Positions 12,870 to 25,639 of a DNA stretch of 62,000 nt are shown in pieces. The DNA is taken from the NCBI GenBank assembly GCA_013265495.1, contig MU058153.1:310001-372000 (forward strand), given 5' to 3'. Both the position numbers and the translations under genes were made by a program. Numbering within the stretch: position 1 is the stretch's first letter; the number at the start of each line of letters is the position of its first letter. The notes below the pieces were generated by a model that saw only the letters and a program-made list of their open reading frames with translations, was not told the origin of the DNA and did no database searches. The DNA is from Vicugna vicugna. Taxonomy: Eukaryota.

Positions 12870-13006
12870 TACTCAGCTATAGAACTTGAAATGTTACTAC
12901 TTCTCTACCTAAGATTGGTATACATGTGTGACTCTTAGACTGTTAGTTCCTTTCAGATGTGGGGTCTTAGTTAATCACCCAAGCATATCACCATGGATAC
13001 TTAAAA

Positions 13007-14156
13007 CTATTTTTTAAAAAAATGATTGAATCTATGTTTGCATTTTTATTAAAGTTTATACAAACCTATTCAGAGTCTACGCTTCCTCCTACCCCTACCC
13101 CTGGCAACTACCAAGCTGTTCTCTGTATCTATAAGCCATTTTTTTTCTATTTTAGATTCCACATATAAGAGAGATCATAACAGTATTGCCTTTCTCTGTC
13201 TGACTTATTTCACATAGTGTATTGCCCTTAAGCCCCATCCGTGGGGTCACAAATGGCATGATTTCATTCTTTTTTATGGCTGAGTAATATTCCATTGTAT
13301 ATATATTGTAGAGGCAGAAAAATTTTTCCTTCTTTTCTTGTAGGTTCTTTGGCTGGTCTAATACTCAAATTAACATCAGACAGACTAACAGGAGAAAGAC
13401 AAGTTTGATTTTATACATATAGGAGACCCCAAAATATGAGCCTCAAGGGCTGATTGGGCAGTTGAGTTTCATTTGCCATCCTGAGCTAAGGAATGGAATA
13501 GAAGCCTGGGGCTACAAAGGGGAGGAGAGTAATTCACTGAATGACAAGAAGAGAAGATGTTTGGTAATTAGAGGTTTGCTCTGCCTTGCAGATAGATTAT
13601 TCAGAGAAAAAAATGCATCTCTGGAAATAGCTCTTCTTCTGGTACAGGCCCTCTCTCTAAATTCTTTTAGGTAGTTAAGGGAGAGGTAAAGTTTTTCCTA
13701 AGTCTGATGGGTCTTGATTGCCTTTAGCTCAAAATAATCCATATGCCAGAGGGGCATGTTTTAGGTGGCATATTCTGTTTCCCTTTGATATACCACAATT
13801 TCTTTATTCATCCATTGATGGACACTGAGGTTGTTTTCATATCTTGACTATTGTATACAATGCTGTAGTGAACGTAAGAATGCATATATCTTTTTGAGTT
13901 AGTGATTTCATTTTCTTCAGATATATACCAAGAAGTGGAATTGCTGGATCACATGGTTGTTCTGTTTTTTATTTTTTAAGGAATCTCCATACTGTTTTCC
14001 ATAGTGGCTGCATCAATTTACATTCCCACATAAAAGGCTTCCCTTTTATGTGTCTCAGGTTTTATGGTTTTAGTCTTCTGATTTCTGGTTTTAGGTTTTC
14101 AAGTCTTTAATCCTTTTTGAGTTCATTTTTATGAAAAATGTAAGACCGTGATTGAG
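13007..14156 (-). mobile_element. 5'-truncated L1 (L1MA-like 3' end) with TSD, interrupted by an LTR and internally deleted
   Basis: Antisense L1 3'UTR/ORF2-end motifs (tagattccacatataag, tggctgagtaatattccattgt, aagtggaattgctggatca); TSD TGGATACTTAAAA at 12994-13006 and 14157-14169. Confidence 0.85.
13307..13787 (-). mobile_element. ERV1 solo LTR (MER34-like) nested in L1
   Basis: Reverse strand begins aagggaaacagaatatgccacc..aaaacatgcc..gattattttgagctaaaggcaa; splits the L1 sequence tccattgtatatatat|accacaatttc; candidate 4-bp TSD ATAT. Confidence 0.8.
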
Positions 14157-15389
14157 TGGATACTTAAAATTTTTGATAAGTAGAGTAAGTCAAAAAGAAA
14201 TACAAAAACACCAAAATTTAAGTGTGCCATATATCTTATCATATTTGAGGTCTAGATACATCATGACTAAAGCATGTCATTTGTGAATTGATTCATGAAT
14301 ATATTTGAGTGCCATTTTCCATCATTTAATGCTAGTTGCTCTATACTGAGTCATTTGTTGATCATTCACAATGTATATTTTCATACCCCTAGGCTGTTTT
14401 CTTTGTCTGGCATGCTCCCTCACTGCTTACTGACAAATAGACATTTTACTCACCTTGCAAGGCCCCTGTCAGCTCCGTTGTAAGGTGTGAAGTTCCCCAT
14501 AGTTGAAAGGGATCTGAAATGGTAAGATAACCATTCTCTAGACTAGTTTGTGGCAAAGACAAGTTGCACTACAAGTCAGCAGCTTGAGATCATCAGGACA
14601 TGAGATTTATTCATTCTTCTTGGCTCCCACATCAAGATGTCCTTATCTCTACTCTTGGCCTTTCCCACTTCTTACTTCTTTTTGGCCTTACACAATGAGT
14701 GACTCGAGTTCAGATTCTAGAAGAATGCAAAGAAACCATGACTGATGTCTTGACTTTGTTCAACTTTGTCCTTTGTGGTAGTGAGGTTCCAGGAAACAGA
14801 CAGGCTATATCAGTTCATCAAACAACTCTAAATTGCCATGAATGTCTCCAGAAAGTTCAACTAATAAAGGGAGTTCTCATTTACATTCAAAGTTCAAAAA
14901 CCTTCAGATCTCTAAGAAAATCAAAGCCATTGAAATGCATAGAACCCCCTAACAGAGCTGGCCTTATTCTTGAATCCTCCATGGCCCCATGTGTATGGCA
15001 TTGCAGAAAACACCAGCTAGCTATGGAAGTTGATATAAAATGAACATGAAGACAACTCCTAAATCTGCAACCCCCCCCCAAAAAAAACCCCCAAAAAACG
15101 AAGGTTGACAATGCTGCTGCTTGACTCTGATTCAGCCATGGGCAGGGAGGAGTGAACACCTTGACATCTACCTCCCTCCTTTCTAAGATGCCTATGCTGC
15201 TTTGAAGTTGATGAACCTTAGGATCAAAATGAGAAAGAGATTAGCCACCTCCAAATCCTCTGGTTGGAAGCAGGCTTCCTTGTATTCTGTAGGTAATTAG
15301 GGAATTCATAATAGACTACCCTAGAAGCCAGATGGCAGGAAGCTCCATAGAGGGAAAAACTGTCCTTATAAGCATCAACAATGGCAAAC

Positions 15390-15510
15390 CCTAAATGTAG
15401 GCTTTACAGATAAGAAAACTGAGGCTTCAAGCAGCTGAGAAGAGAAGTGGCAGACCAGGATTCCAAGGTAGGAGCCTCCGATCCGAGACTCTATGCCTGC
15501 AGCCTCTGTT
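15390..15510 (-). mobile_element. MIR SINE fragment
   Basis: tttacagataagaaaactgaggcttca..agaagtggcagaccaggattc. Confidence 0.6.
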
Positions 15511-15680
15511 TGAAAACAAACCAACAAACATATAGCGCCTACAGTACAGACTGTCCTGGAGCACTGCATTAGACTCGGAGCATTACTGCAGGGTGGTTCT
15601 TGTATTTAGATAATTCTGTGGAAAAATTATGTAAACCCTGCTAATTCACTTAAGAAATTAATTTAATAATTCCTCATTCA

Positions 15681-16368
15681 GAACCCTCCTGCACTGCTGG
15701 GATTGTAAATTGGTGTAGCCATTATGGAGAGCAGTATGGAGGTTCCTCAAAAAACGAAAAATAGAGTTATCATATGATCCATCAATCCCACTTCTGAACA
15801 TATATCTGGAAAAGACGAAAGCCCTAATTCGAAAAGCCCTAGTTCAGTAAGATACATGCACCTCAGTGTTCCTAATGGCACTATTTAGAATAGCTAAGAT
15901 ATGGAAGCAACCTAAGTGTCCATCAACAGATGAAATAAGATGTGGTATGTATTATGGATATGTCTCTCTCTCTCTGTGCACACACACACAATGGATATTA
16001 CTCAGCCATTAAAAAGAATGAAATCACGCTATTTGAAGCAATATGGATGAACCTACAGATTATCATACTGTCAGACAGAGAAAGACAAATATTATATGAT
16101 ATCACTTATATGTGGAATCTAAAAAATAGTACAGATGAGCTTATTTACAAAACAGAAACAGACTCACAGACATAGACAACAAACTTATGGTTATGAAGGG
16201 GGAAGAGGGGCGATGAGGGATAAATTGGGAGTGTGGGATTAACAGATGCACACTACTGTATATAAAATAAAGTCATACCGTGTAGCACAGGAAACTATAT
16301 TCAATATGTTGTAATAAACTATATGAAAAGCAACCCCAAAAAGAATATAGATATATACATATGAAAAA
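15681..16368 (+). mobile_element. 5'-truncated artiodactyl-type L1 (ORF2 end plus 3'UTR)
   Basis: gaaccctcctgcactgctgg..tgtaaattggtgtagcc, gcaacctaagtgtccatcaacagatgaa, atcacttatatgtggaatctaaaaaa; degenerate TSD aataattcctcattca (15665-15680) / aagaattcccctttca (16369-16384). Confidence 0.88.
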
Positions 16369-16439
16369 AAGAATTCCCCTTTCACTCTGACCTGATGGAC
16401 ATCGTGACTTCTGTAGGTATGGTCACAGGTTTAGAAAGG

Positions 16440-16600
16440 TATAGAGTGAAAATAACAAGGACTGTGAGGCCACACAGCCCTGGGTTTCAGTTCTACGCCT
16501 GCCCCTTTGCGTAGCCTTGTGCAGGTTACTTCCCTCTGAGTATTAGTTTCCCCCATGGATATTGTGAGGTTGAAATGAGATAATGTGTATGAAAATGTTT
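16440..16600 (+). mobile_element. MIR SINE
   Basis: cctgggtttcag..gcaggttacttccctctgag..ttgtgaggttgaaatgagataatg. Confidence 0.7.
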
Positions 16601-16779
16601 CATTAATTCTTAAAAAAAAAAAACCAAACTCTGGATTCTACTTTATAGAGGCAACTGCTATTGCTATCCTTAATAGAAAGAGAGAAACCTCTTTTACATA
16701 AGCATTGTGTTTGAGAATGTAAATAGAGTATTAACATAGGAGGAAATGAGTAACTGCTTTAGGCCAGCTCCCTAGAGGC

Positions 16780-17160
16780 AGCAATTACCGAGAACAATTA
16801 CACAGCGCTTTTACCCCGAAGGCCGGAGAGCTCTGACTCACAGCTGCTCACTGTCTCTGACGAGGATTCCACTGACAGGCTCTGGAGAGAGGAGGATTAC
16901 CTGGCGGTCTTCACCAGGGACTGGGATATCAGAGGCTGCAGCTTTTGCCATTGTGCTATTAAAACCCTGAGCCTCAGCTCTCTCTGGCTGGTGCTGAGTG
17001 CTGACAGCTGGCTGTGTTTGCTTCTCATGAATCATGGGACTGCGTATTTTGGGCCTCAGTAGCATCTTTAGTGAACTTAGATACTTTTAACACCCCAGTT
17101 ATTGGGTAGACAGCCAGCGTAGCCCAGTTCCCAAAAACAGCTCCCAGGAGCTGAGTGCCT
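16780..17160. promoter_or_regulatory. Candidate enhancer (AP-1 and E-box cluster)
   Basis: TGACTCA 16834-16840 abutting CAGCTG 16841-16846, second CAGCTG 17005-17010, TGAATCA 17028-17034; raised GC/CpG; not recognisably repeat-derived. Confidence 0.35.
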
Positions 17161-17239
17161 ACCGTGTGTTGGGCATGACATCCCACACATGACTTCTGGA
17201 ATTTTCTGTCCTCTTAAGGTTACAGCGCATAAATGACTT

Positions 17240-17710
17240 ATTTGGAGGGTCTTCCCGATGTGAGAGACTTGCTAAAACCATAGTCCACTGCTGAAGAGAC
17301 AGAGAGGCCCAAATACTCCTTTCCCACATCCTCTGTAGGTACAGTGCAGCCACATGAGCTAGGCCTGGCTGACTGGTATTTCTCCCTGTCACTTTGAGGT
17401 GGAGCCAGTAATTACCATGAAACATGCTCAGTGCTAGAAGCAAAGGTGGATCCAGCATCCATGGTGCCTGTGGCGTCTGGGCTGGGGGTGGCTCCCAGTG
17501 TTAGCCACGCTGTTTCCCTGCTCGTGTGACCATGTTGTAGGACCGATCCCTTTAGTTTGCTCTGCAATCTGCCCATTCTTGGCTGTGACAGCTGGGGAGC
17601 TTTCTGTCATTCCTGACAATTCTTCGTTTTATGAACCCATTGTACTTCCAGCAGATTACCTCTCTGGTGCAGCAAGCAGATCTGTTCTCTGTCACTTGCA
17701 ACCAACATGA
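17240..17710 (+). mobile_element. ERVL solo LTR (LTR33-like)
   Basis: ccactgctgaagag..tttcccacatcctctgtag..cacatgagctaggcctggc..; ends tctgtcacttgcaaccaa. Confidence 0.55.
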
Positions 17711-19839
17711 ATACAAATATAGTGATATTGATACTAGTCGGCCCAATTTACAAAGAAAAAAATTTTTAAATGACAATGTGAAGAGACATTAAGAAATGTT
17801 CCCATGAATATAAGCCTGATAAATGGAATATACAGGTGCTTTCTCTTCTTCCCTCTATTAGATTTTATATTTTCAACAAAAAATATCTACAGGTTTATAG
17901 AATTTATGAAGCAGAAAGGACCTTCAGGGCCCTTTTGTCCAAACTGTCCATTTTAAGGGAAGGATGTTTCACCCTAGACAGAATGACTACAGCAAATCTG
18001 CGGCAAAGCCAACTCTAACTGTGGACTTTTTCAAATGCAGAGCTGGTTTCTTGAATCTGAGAGCAAGAAAACAAATTTTATTACAATGGAAGATTGATAT
18101 GGAATGATACGTTTCTCTGTATTTAAAACTCAGTCCTGTTCCAGGAGTAATGGGAGATGAACACTGAGATTACAAGTAGAGACAATCTGGCAAGTTTAGG
18201 GAGTGATTCATGAAGGAGCAGGAGAATGATCTCTTAATTCTGTTTTTCTACTTTACATTTACATGGTGACTTGCAGCTTATTAATAGTAGTACTGTTAAT
18301 ACTAGGAGGCATGAATAATCTGCTTTAACCACTTCCATTTCCCTTTTCTGACTCCCCAGTTCTGGCTGGTGGGTCTCTCTTCTGTTCCATCACCATGCCA
18401 AACACCTGAGAAGACCTATTACGATGCATTCTACTCTTCCAAGTACTTTTCAGCCCTGCAGGGTCAACTGTGAGCTCCTTGAGAGTCTCCCTAGCTCTGT
18501 TCCCTTTGTTCCAGACCCCAAGGACATGTCCAAACTAGGATATTATAGCCACATGATAGGCATGTGTTGATTGTTTGTTAAATGATGAGACTGGAGGAAC
18601 ACATGCAGCAAATATGTTTTCACTCAGCATGAATCAGATGAGCAAAAAAGCAAAATCCCTTCTGTTCTCTTGCTGGTTTCTTTTGTCTCCTCTTTAAATG
18701 TCAGGAACTTAAAATTGTCAATTTAAGGATAAGTTCTTATCTTCCGATTTTAAACAAAAGAGATGCTTTGTTCATATGCTCAGTTTTTTTGGTTTTCTTT
18801 CCCTCATCCTCCTTTTCTTCTCTCTGAGCAGTGGTCCCTATGGGTAGAAATCCCAGAAACTCTCAGTTGGCTTCTTAAATCTGGTCTCCTCATGTATCTT
18901 GTGCCTCTCCCTGTATCACAGATGAATTCTGAGAAGATATTGTCCAGAGAAGATGCATTCTAATAAGCTGCATATTTCTTCTGACCTGTCTCTTGTGGGT
19001 CACAATGCAGTGTGCCGGTGACGCAGGTTGGTAGAATTACCAGAGACCCAGAAGAGTTTAGGAAAAGTTTAACAGTTAACGCTACTACAGGCAACAGTGG
19101 GCCACACAGGCAAGAGGTGCCTGTGTGAGCGCCTGGGGGAACGTGCAGGGTCTTTTATTGGAGGGGAGAGGGCTTTGCACACAAGGAGCAGGGGCTGCAT
19201 GATCAGTTCGTGCACAGGTACCTGACTGGTTGTAAGATCTGTCAGGGACTTCTACAGCTTTGAAAAGGGCAGGATGTGAGACCTGTCTGCCTAGGGTATT
19301 GAGAGAGGGGCTATTTCCTGGGGCATTGAGTTTTGTTAGGGTAAACACACATCATGCTGTGTTCTTTTTGTTTGTTTGTTTTTTGTTTTTATCCTGGAGA
19401 AATGCAGGTATGCAGAGTGGTCCTGTAGTGGAGAGTGGAGGTTGAGGTGTCAATGGCTCCAGGCACACAGAGAGCCCAGGAGTGGGTGTTACATGACTTC
19501 AGAGAGTACCAGCCTGCTCCACATTCCCCCTTGACAAATTGGCAGTGACAAATCTTTGGAACATGGGAGGAGGTCTTTTTCCTTCTGGAACTACTTCCTG
19601 CTGGACATGGACGTTCTGCTGTCCCTACCCATCATGCCAATCTATCTGGGGTGTGGGGGCCAACCTGGCGCTCCCCAGGAATCTGACTGCCTAAGGGGCA
19701 GCCTGGAAGTAACCCCCTTTGACATCCAAGGGCTGCATCACCGTCATGTTGGTAAGGGCCATGGCATCTCTGGTTGGCAGGGGATGTCTGTTTTTGTTTC
19801 TTTGGAGCTTGGACCTCAAAGAGAGAGACAGTTGTTTTT

Positions 19840-20698
19840 GTAAGAGAGGGCTACAACGTAAAAATAAATGTATACCGAGATAAACAGCTAATCCCGATAA
19901 AAGGACGAAGAGGAGAAATCTAAAATGCCTGTGAAAAAAGAACCCATTCCCTCTGGAATCCAAGAAAAAAAAAATACTATCAGAGAACCAGTTAGAAACC
20001 TGTTTGTTAATCTCTTTACTGTAACCTCTTTGTTGTAAGCATCGTCATGCCCAACCCATTGGGGATATAAGTATAGCACTCAGTACACTACCCTCTTGGA
20101 AGTTACATAGTGTCACTTTCACCACATTCTCTTGGTTACAAGGAGAGAGGATTAGACACCACCTCTTTTTGGAGGTACACCCTGCGTAAGGCTTAAGATT
20201 AAAGACCAGTGCTGTGTACTGACATCTGGTAAAACCAGAGCCTAGCCTTGAAAGGCTCATCTGAAAGTTTCCTTCCCTACTCTGCTTTCACAGATAAGGT
20301 GCACTGACCAAACAACCCTCCTTATTAAGAGTACTTATTTTAGAGTAGTTTGTTTCAATTCCCTTACAGCTTGCAGAACTATTTAAACAAGCCAGTTACA
20401 CTTCACAGCAAGAACCAGGAGTCACGTCACCCTGTTGAGCTATTTATTGAGCCTGCCTCTCCTGGCCTCCCCACCACCCGCCTCTCCTCAATTTTCATTC
20501 TGTTTCCAAGTGCAACCTCCAGGTGGCAGTGTATGGCATTTAGTGTCCTTTGGCCCTGGGGCTATGAATATATGTGACTAATAACCTACTATTGATCTCA
20601 TCTGTCCAGTGTTGAGTATTGTGTATTCAGCCATCTCCAGTAATTCTAGGGTGGGAATCCTTCTCTAAACAATGGGATGAATAGAATGCAATTAAAAT
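19840..20698 (+). mobile_element. ERVL-class solo LTR (MER54-like)
   Basis: 3' end taataa..ttgatctcatctgtccagtgt..cagccatc..ctagggtgggaatcc..gggatgaatag..attaaaa resembles the MER54 group; 5' boundary uncertain. Confidence 0.55.
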
Positions 20699-21417
20699 GG
20701 TATGGCAAAGTCACACTGTAGAAGACCATATTAGATGTAGAATGTAACATATTATTGTGGTCATCTATGGAAAATATCATCCCCACTGCATCTCATCTTC
20801 CCTGCTTTCCTCAGTGAGCTAGGAGAACTCTTAAATATGCCCCAATAAATTTAGATGCCACAAAGAAAAGTGTGTGATTCAGGATTAATTCGTATCACTG
20901 TCTTTATCACTAAACTGTTTGAGATGGAAAATCTTTATCCCAAAGCAGTTTTCTGGCACTATGGAACCCATCTTGAAACATGCTGAAGTGCTATTTTTAG
21001 TCTAGGTATGCTATCTACTTATTGGGCATTTGGAAATGGGTAGAGTCTGAAACTACACCCAGGTAATTCACAGGTTAATACATTACAGGTGCTGTCCCTA
21101 CATGTATCAAAGGTTGGTTTTCAGTGGTAAGTTGTCACTTAGGCCCATTCTGTTTGAATTAACAGATTTTGGAGCCTTTTCTGCTGAAGCATCTTAACTG
21201 CTTCAGATGTATTTGGAGTGTTAATAAGTGTTCTGAACTATTGAAAGGGGCATGTTTCTGCAGATCAGTCTGGAAGGAAATCACCAAAGGCTTAGGATAC
21301 ACATGGATATCATTTCTACTGAAAAAGCCATGGCCGTCTTGCAAACAGCTATAGAGAGAAGACAGTGGCATTCAAAGAGCTAACATGGCAGCATGTGTTT
21401 ATTTAAATTATAGCCAT

Positions 21418-21811
21418 TGTATTAGTCAGAGTTCTCTAGAGAAACAGAACCAATAAGAGATTATATATAGGATCATGCAATTATGGAGACTGAGACCTGT
21501 CTGCAAGCTGGAGACGCAAAAAAGGCAGCGCTGTAATTTTGTCTGAACCCGAAGGCCTGAGAACCAGGAGTGCCAAGGGCAGGAGAAGATGGATGTCTCA
21601 GCTCAAGTAATCAGGCAGGAAAGAACAAATGCCTCTTTCCTCCACATTTGTTATATTCAGATCCTCAATGGGTTAGGTGATGCCTGCCCACATTGGGGAG
21701 GTCACCAGTTCAAATCTCATCCAGAAACACCCTCACAGGCACATTCAGAAATAATGTTTAATCTGATAACCCCATGGTCAGTCAAGTTGATATATAAAAT
21801 TAACTGTCATA
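21418..21811 (-). mobile_element. MLT2-type ERVL solo LTR with perfect 5-bp TSD
   Basis: tgtattagtcagagttctctagagaaacagaacca...gtcaagttgatatataaaattaactgtcata; GCCAT at 21413-21417 and 21812-21816. Confidence 0.9.
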
Positions 21812-23519
21812 GCCATTGATCGACAAATAGGCAACTTTCTGATCACAGTGATAGTGTCTGGCTATCTCTCAATCCTGACTCTTCCCCTTTATGTGGCCCC
21901 TTCCAACCTCCAGGCCCATTCTCATTGTCCTAGGTATCCAGGATCATGCCTCTTCCTATTCCAATCTTCTGCCCCTTCCCAGTCTTGTTGATCCTCATTT
22001 ACTTTCCTTTGGACATAATTCTTTATTTTATTTGTCAGTTTATTGTTAAGGCATCTACTCTGTATCTTGCTTATGGGGATTTCCTTTTTGTTTTTCAGTA
22101 GACTTCTCAGAACCACCAGCTTCATGCAAATCAAATACGTTGACTTTTAAAGCTATAGTTTCTAATAGACCTTTTGAGAGCTTATATTAAAAATTGAAAA
22201 CTGAATATATTTCCCTTTGAATTAGTGACATAGTAATCTAATTCTCCTTGAGTTTTGTCACAGTGTCCAGTATATAAATAAATACTCAATAAGTGTTAGC
22301 TATTATGAACTACTGCCACTATTTTTCTTATTAGTATTACTACTACCGATGCAAAAGACCTAACAGGTATTTAAGAATAGAGGTAGGGCATAAACTCAGA
22401 TGTGTGGGTTCTAAGTCTAGCAATCACTTAAACAGAAAAAGCTTATTTTAAAAGGATTAATTTGTCAGATGTTTGCTACATGGCCTAGAGGAACTAGCGA
22501 ATGGAGGAACCATCTTCACACGGTTCCCTGACTGAGGGACGCTCAGTAATGTGGAATGAATTAATGAATTTGTGTTAATGGAAGGGGGATACTAAAATAA
22601 ATGTCAGGTGCAGTGAGTAGATGTAGAAATGGGATGAGTATAAATTTAGACTAACATGAGAGAAAAAGCAAGTTCCAGTTGTAGGTTATCACAGGTGTAG
22701 ACACTGACACACATACATGCTTATACACAAACATTAGAAAAATGGCTTTATTACAGGCACTTCAGCTATTATGCCCATAAATGTAAATTAAAACATGAAG
22801 AAAGAGAAATGAAACACAAATGAGAAAAAAAAGATGAGAGGAAGAACTGAGAGAAGACAAAAGTAAAAGAGAGAAAGTAACGAGATTAAGTGATTGCTTA
22901 GGAAAGTCTCTCAAAAACAAAATCTCAGTTCTGAATGTTAGAACTTTCTAAATTATATTCATTAGCTATTTTTTGAGTGTTTTCTCTTCTCTACTAGACT
23001 ACAATCTCCTTAAAGCAAGCAGTAGCCTTGCAATGATGATCTTTGTAACTTCCTTCATGTGTTGTGTAGACAATATACTTAATTAAGCTGAATGAGAGAA
23101 TGAATAAGGGTATCAGGGGATACTTGAGTAATAAATGCACACACAAAAAGAAACAACAAACTAGAAAATATAAGGAGCTAATTTTCCAAAAAGAAATGAT
23201 TACCAAGCAGAGAGAGCCACAGGAGTTGGGCCAGAGGCCTTTTAGGTATGATCTGACTGCCTTCTGCAAAGTTCTGCAGCTCAAAAAATAACTACTCCAT
23301 TGCCTATCAAAAAGCCCACAGTTCTCGACTAGAATTCATTGCTTTGGCCTCAGGGGTTTTTCTGCCTTTAAGCGTTGTCTGTTCAATTGCAGGTATCTCT
23401 GGGATATATAAAATGTGAAGCTATTATCAGCTTGAACCTCAGAGGGGATTCATTGGTGGCTGGTTGTTGGGAAGGTATATGCCAAGGAAGAAAAAGAAAA
23501 GAGAAGGGGAAGGGAACTA

Positions 23520-23730
23520 GACTGACCTAAAGTTTAATATATCAGATGTTTTACATATATTATCTCCTTTAATCCTAAAACCAAACCAAACCAAACCACT
23601 GCATAGTAGCTGTTATTATACTCACTTTTACAGAGAGGAGTCAAGTTTCTAGGTTACATCACCAGCCTGAGATAACTCTGCCGGTAAGAAGCGGAGTCGG
23701 AATCTGAATGGAGATTTGTCAGGCTCCTAC
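23520..23730 (-). mobile_element. MIR SINE
   Basis: ttttacatatattatctcctttaatcct..tgttattatactcacttttacagagaggag. Confidence 0.65.
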
Positions 23731-23852
23731 TCTCACTAGGCAGAGCCCACTGCCAGGAGGAAACCCCTGGTTCTGAAAAGCAATCATTGTGTTCGGTGCT
23801 GGAAATATTATGACATTTCCCAGGTTTCTTTTCTGAAAGGCCACTAACCATT

Positions 23853-24324
23853 TGCGTTAGCTTCTTAGGGCTGCTGTGTAACAAAATACCACTAACTAGG
23901 AAGCTTAAAACAACATAAATGTATTGGTTCATGATTCTGGAGGCCAGAAGTCCCAAAACAAGGTATTGGCAGAAACATGCTCCCTCTGGCCTCTAGGGAA
24001 GGCTCCTTCCTTGCATCTTTTAGCTTCTAGTAGCCCCGTGGGGTCCTTGATTTGTGGCAGCATAGCTCCAGTCTCAGCCTCCATCTTTACATGGCCATCG
24101 TCTCTCTCTGTTTTCCCTTGTCTTCACGTGGTGTCCTCTTCCCTGTGTCTCTGTCCTCTCTTCTCACAAAGAAATCAGTCATATTAGATTAAAACTCACC
24201 GTATCAAATATGACTTCATTTTCACCAGATTACATCTGCAAAGAACCTATTTCACACTCACAGGTGTGGAGTTTACAGCTTCAACACATCTTTTTTTTGG
24301 AGGCTACACAATTCAACCCACGCA
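23853..24324 (-). mobile_element. MaLR solo LTR (MLT1A/B/C-like)
   Basis: ttagcttcttagggctgctgtgtaacaaaatacca..gcttaaaacaac..ttctggaggccagaagtcc..acacaattcaaccc; TSD ccatt/tcatt. Confidence 0.88.
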
Positions 24325-24340
24325 TCATTTATTTCACTTC

Positions 24341-24385
24341 ATATATGTGTGTGTGTGTGTGTGTGTGTATATACACACATACACA
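24341..24385. repeat. Compound (TA)/(TG)n/(CA) microsatellite
   Basis: Directly visible. Confidence 0.9.
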
Positions 24386-25639
24386 TCCTTTCACCAAGTG
24401 AATCTGTTTCAGTGGAAAGCAGAGAAAGGGGAAAAACAAAGAAAGAAGTGTTAGGGTTTGTTTCTTTAAAGAAGGTGACTTTGTTGTCACTCGGGAGACA
24501 AGGGTCTCCTGCATTTGCATGAATTCCAGGCAGAGAGCTCCAGAGGGATTCATGCCTTAGGAAAGCGTGGGGCTTTGTTTACTGTAGGAATAAAGTGTTG
24601 AACAAAGCCTTTCTTAACCATGTTTCTAAGCAAAGCAACTCTATATATTGCCATTTTGGGGATGAGAATGCTTCAAATGAGGTTACCACTGCACTGAATC
24701 TGGGTGAGTTGAGATTGGAGGTGATTTATCCTTTCAAATGAGCAGCATATTTGCAAGACCCTCGAGAGTGACAGTCTATTGCCCATTTGCTGTTTTCTCA
24801 CTTCTGGTGGGGAAAGACTAACGATCTGACCTGGAGCAAAAGCGCTTTCAGCTCTGCATTCAAAAAATGGTATTAAGGAGGCCTGAGACTCCTTGAATTA
24901 TTTTGTTTGTTTATTTTTGCATTTGTGGTGCAGAGATTTCAGAGGCCCCAACCATCAGTTCTGGCTTTATTATTCCGGGGGCAAATCATTTATACTCAGT
25001 ATGTTGAGGGTGGAAACTTGAGGGGACAGGAGTTGTTTGTAAAGTGGTCCTTTAGATAGTTACTTAGTCACAGCAGATAGCGGAGCGGAGCCTCAGGGAT
25101 CATCCTGTGGGTTCAGCACAGGTCTCGGCCCTGTCGCATCTTTCCCTGCACGGACTGGACTCTCAGACTGACGTTTGAGAAGACGGTGGAGAGTCTGTAT
25201 CCCTATCAAAATGCACTCTTGGTATTTCCATCCAGAGTTCCTTGCTTTACCGCCTCTTTCTGACAGAGCCTTGGCATGAGAAAGTGGCGAGAAAATGGCA
25301 TCCACTTCCAGAGAGGTGTCAGCAAAACAGGCAATTAATACGAGTTGTCAGCACATCTTGGGGTCAGAAGATTAGAGTGAGTTCTTCGAGCGTGATTAGA
25401 ATTCTGTCTCTAACTCTGTGCACGATAGAGGGCAACTGAGCTTCCTAAGAGACCGTAATAGGATGACCTCAGAGACAGTCCTTCCATCAATGTACACACG
25501 TGCACACCTGCACAGCTATTATTGCCTAGTATTTACGCTGATTCAATACATACTTTACAATTACCATTTAATTACAATGCTCCACGCAAGAGATATAAAT
25601 CACCCCAAGGCAGATTTCAGGCCCTGGGAAAACTCACAA

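Noticed and set aside
19000..19830. GC-richer segment with several overlapping short ORFs
   Set aside because: No protein resemblance; probably old LTR remnants that I cannot assign to a family
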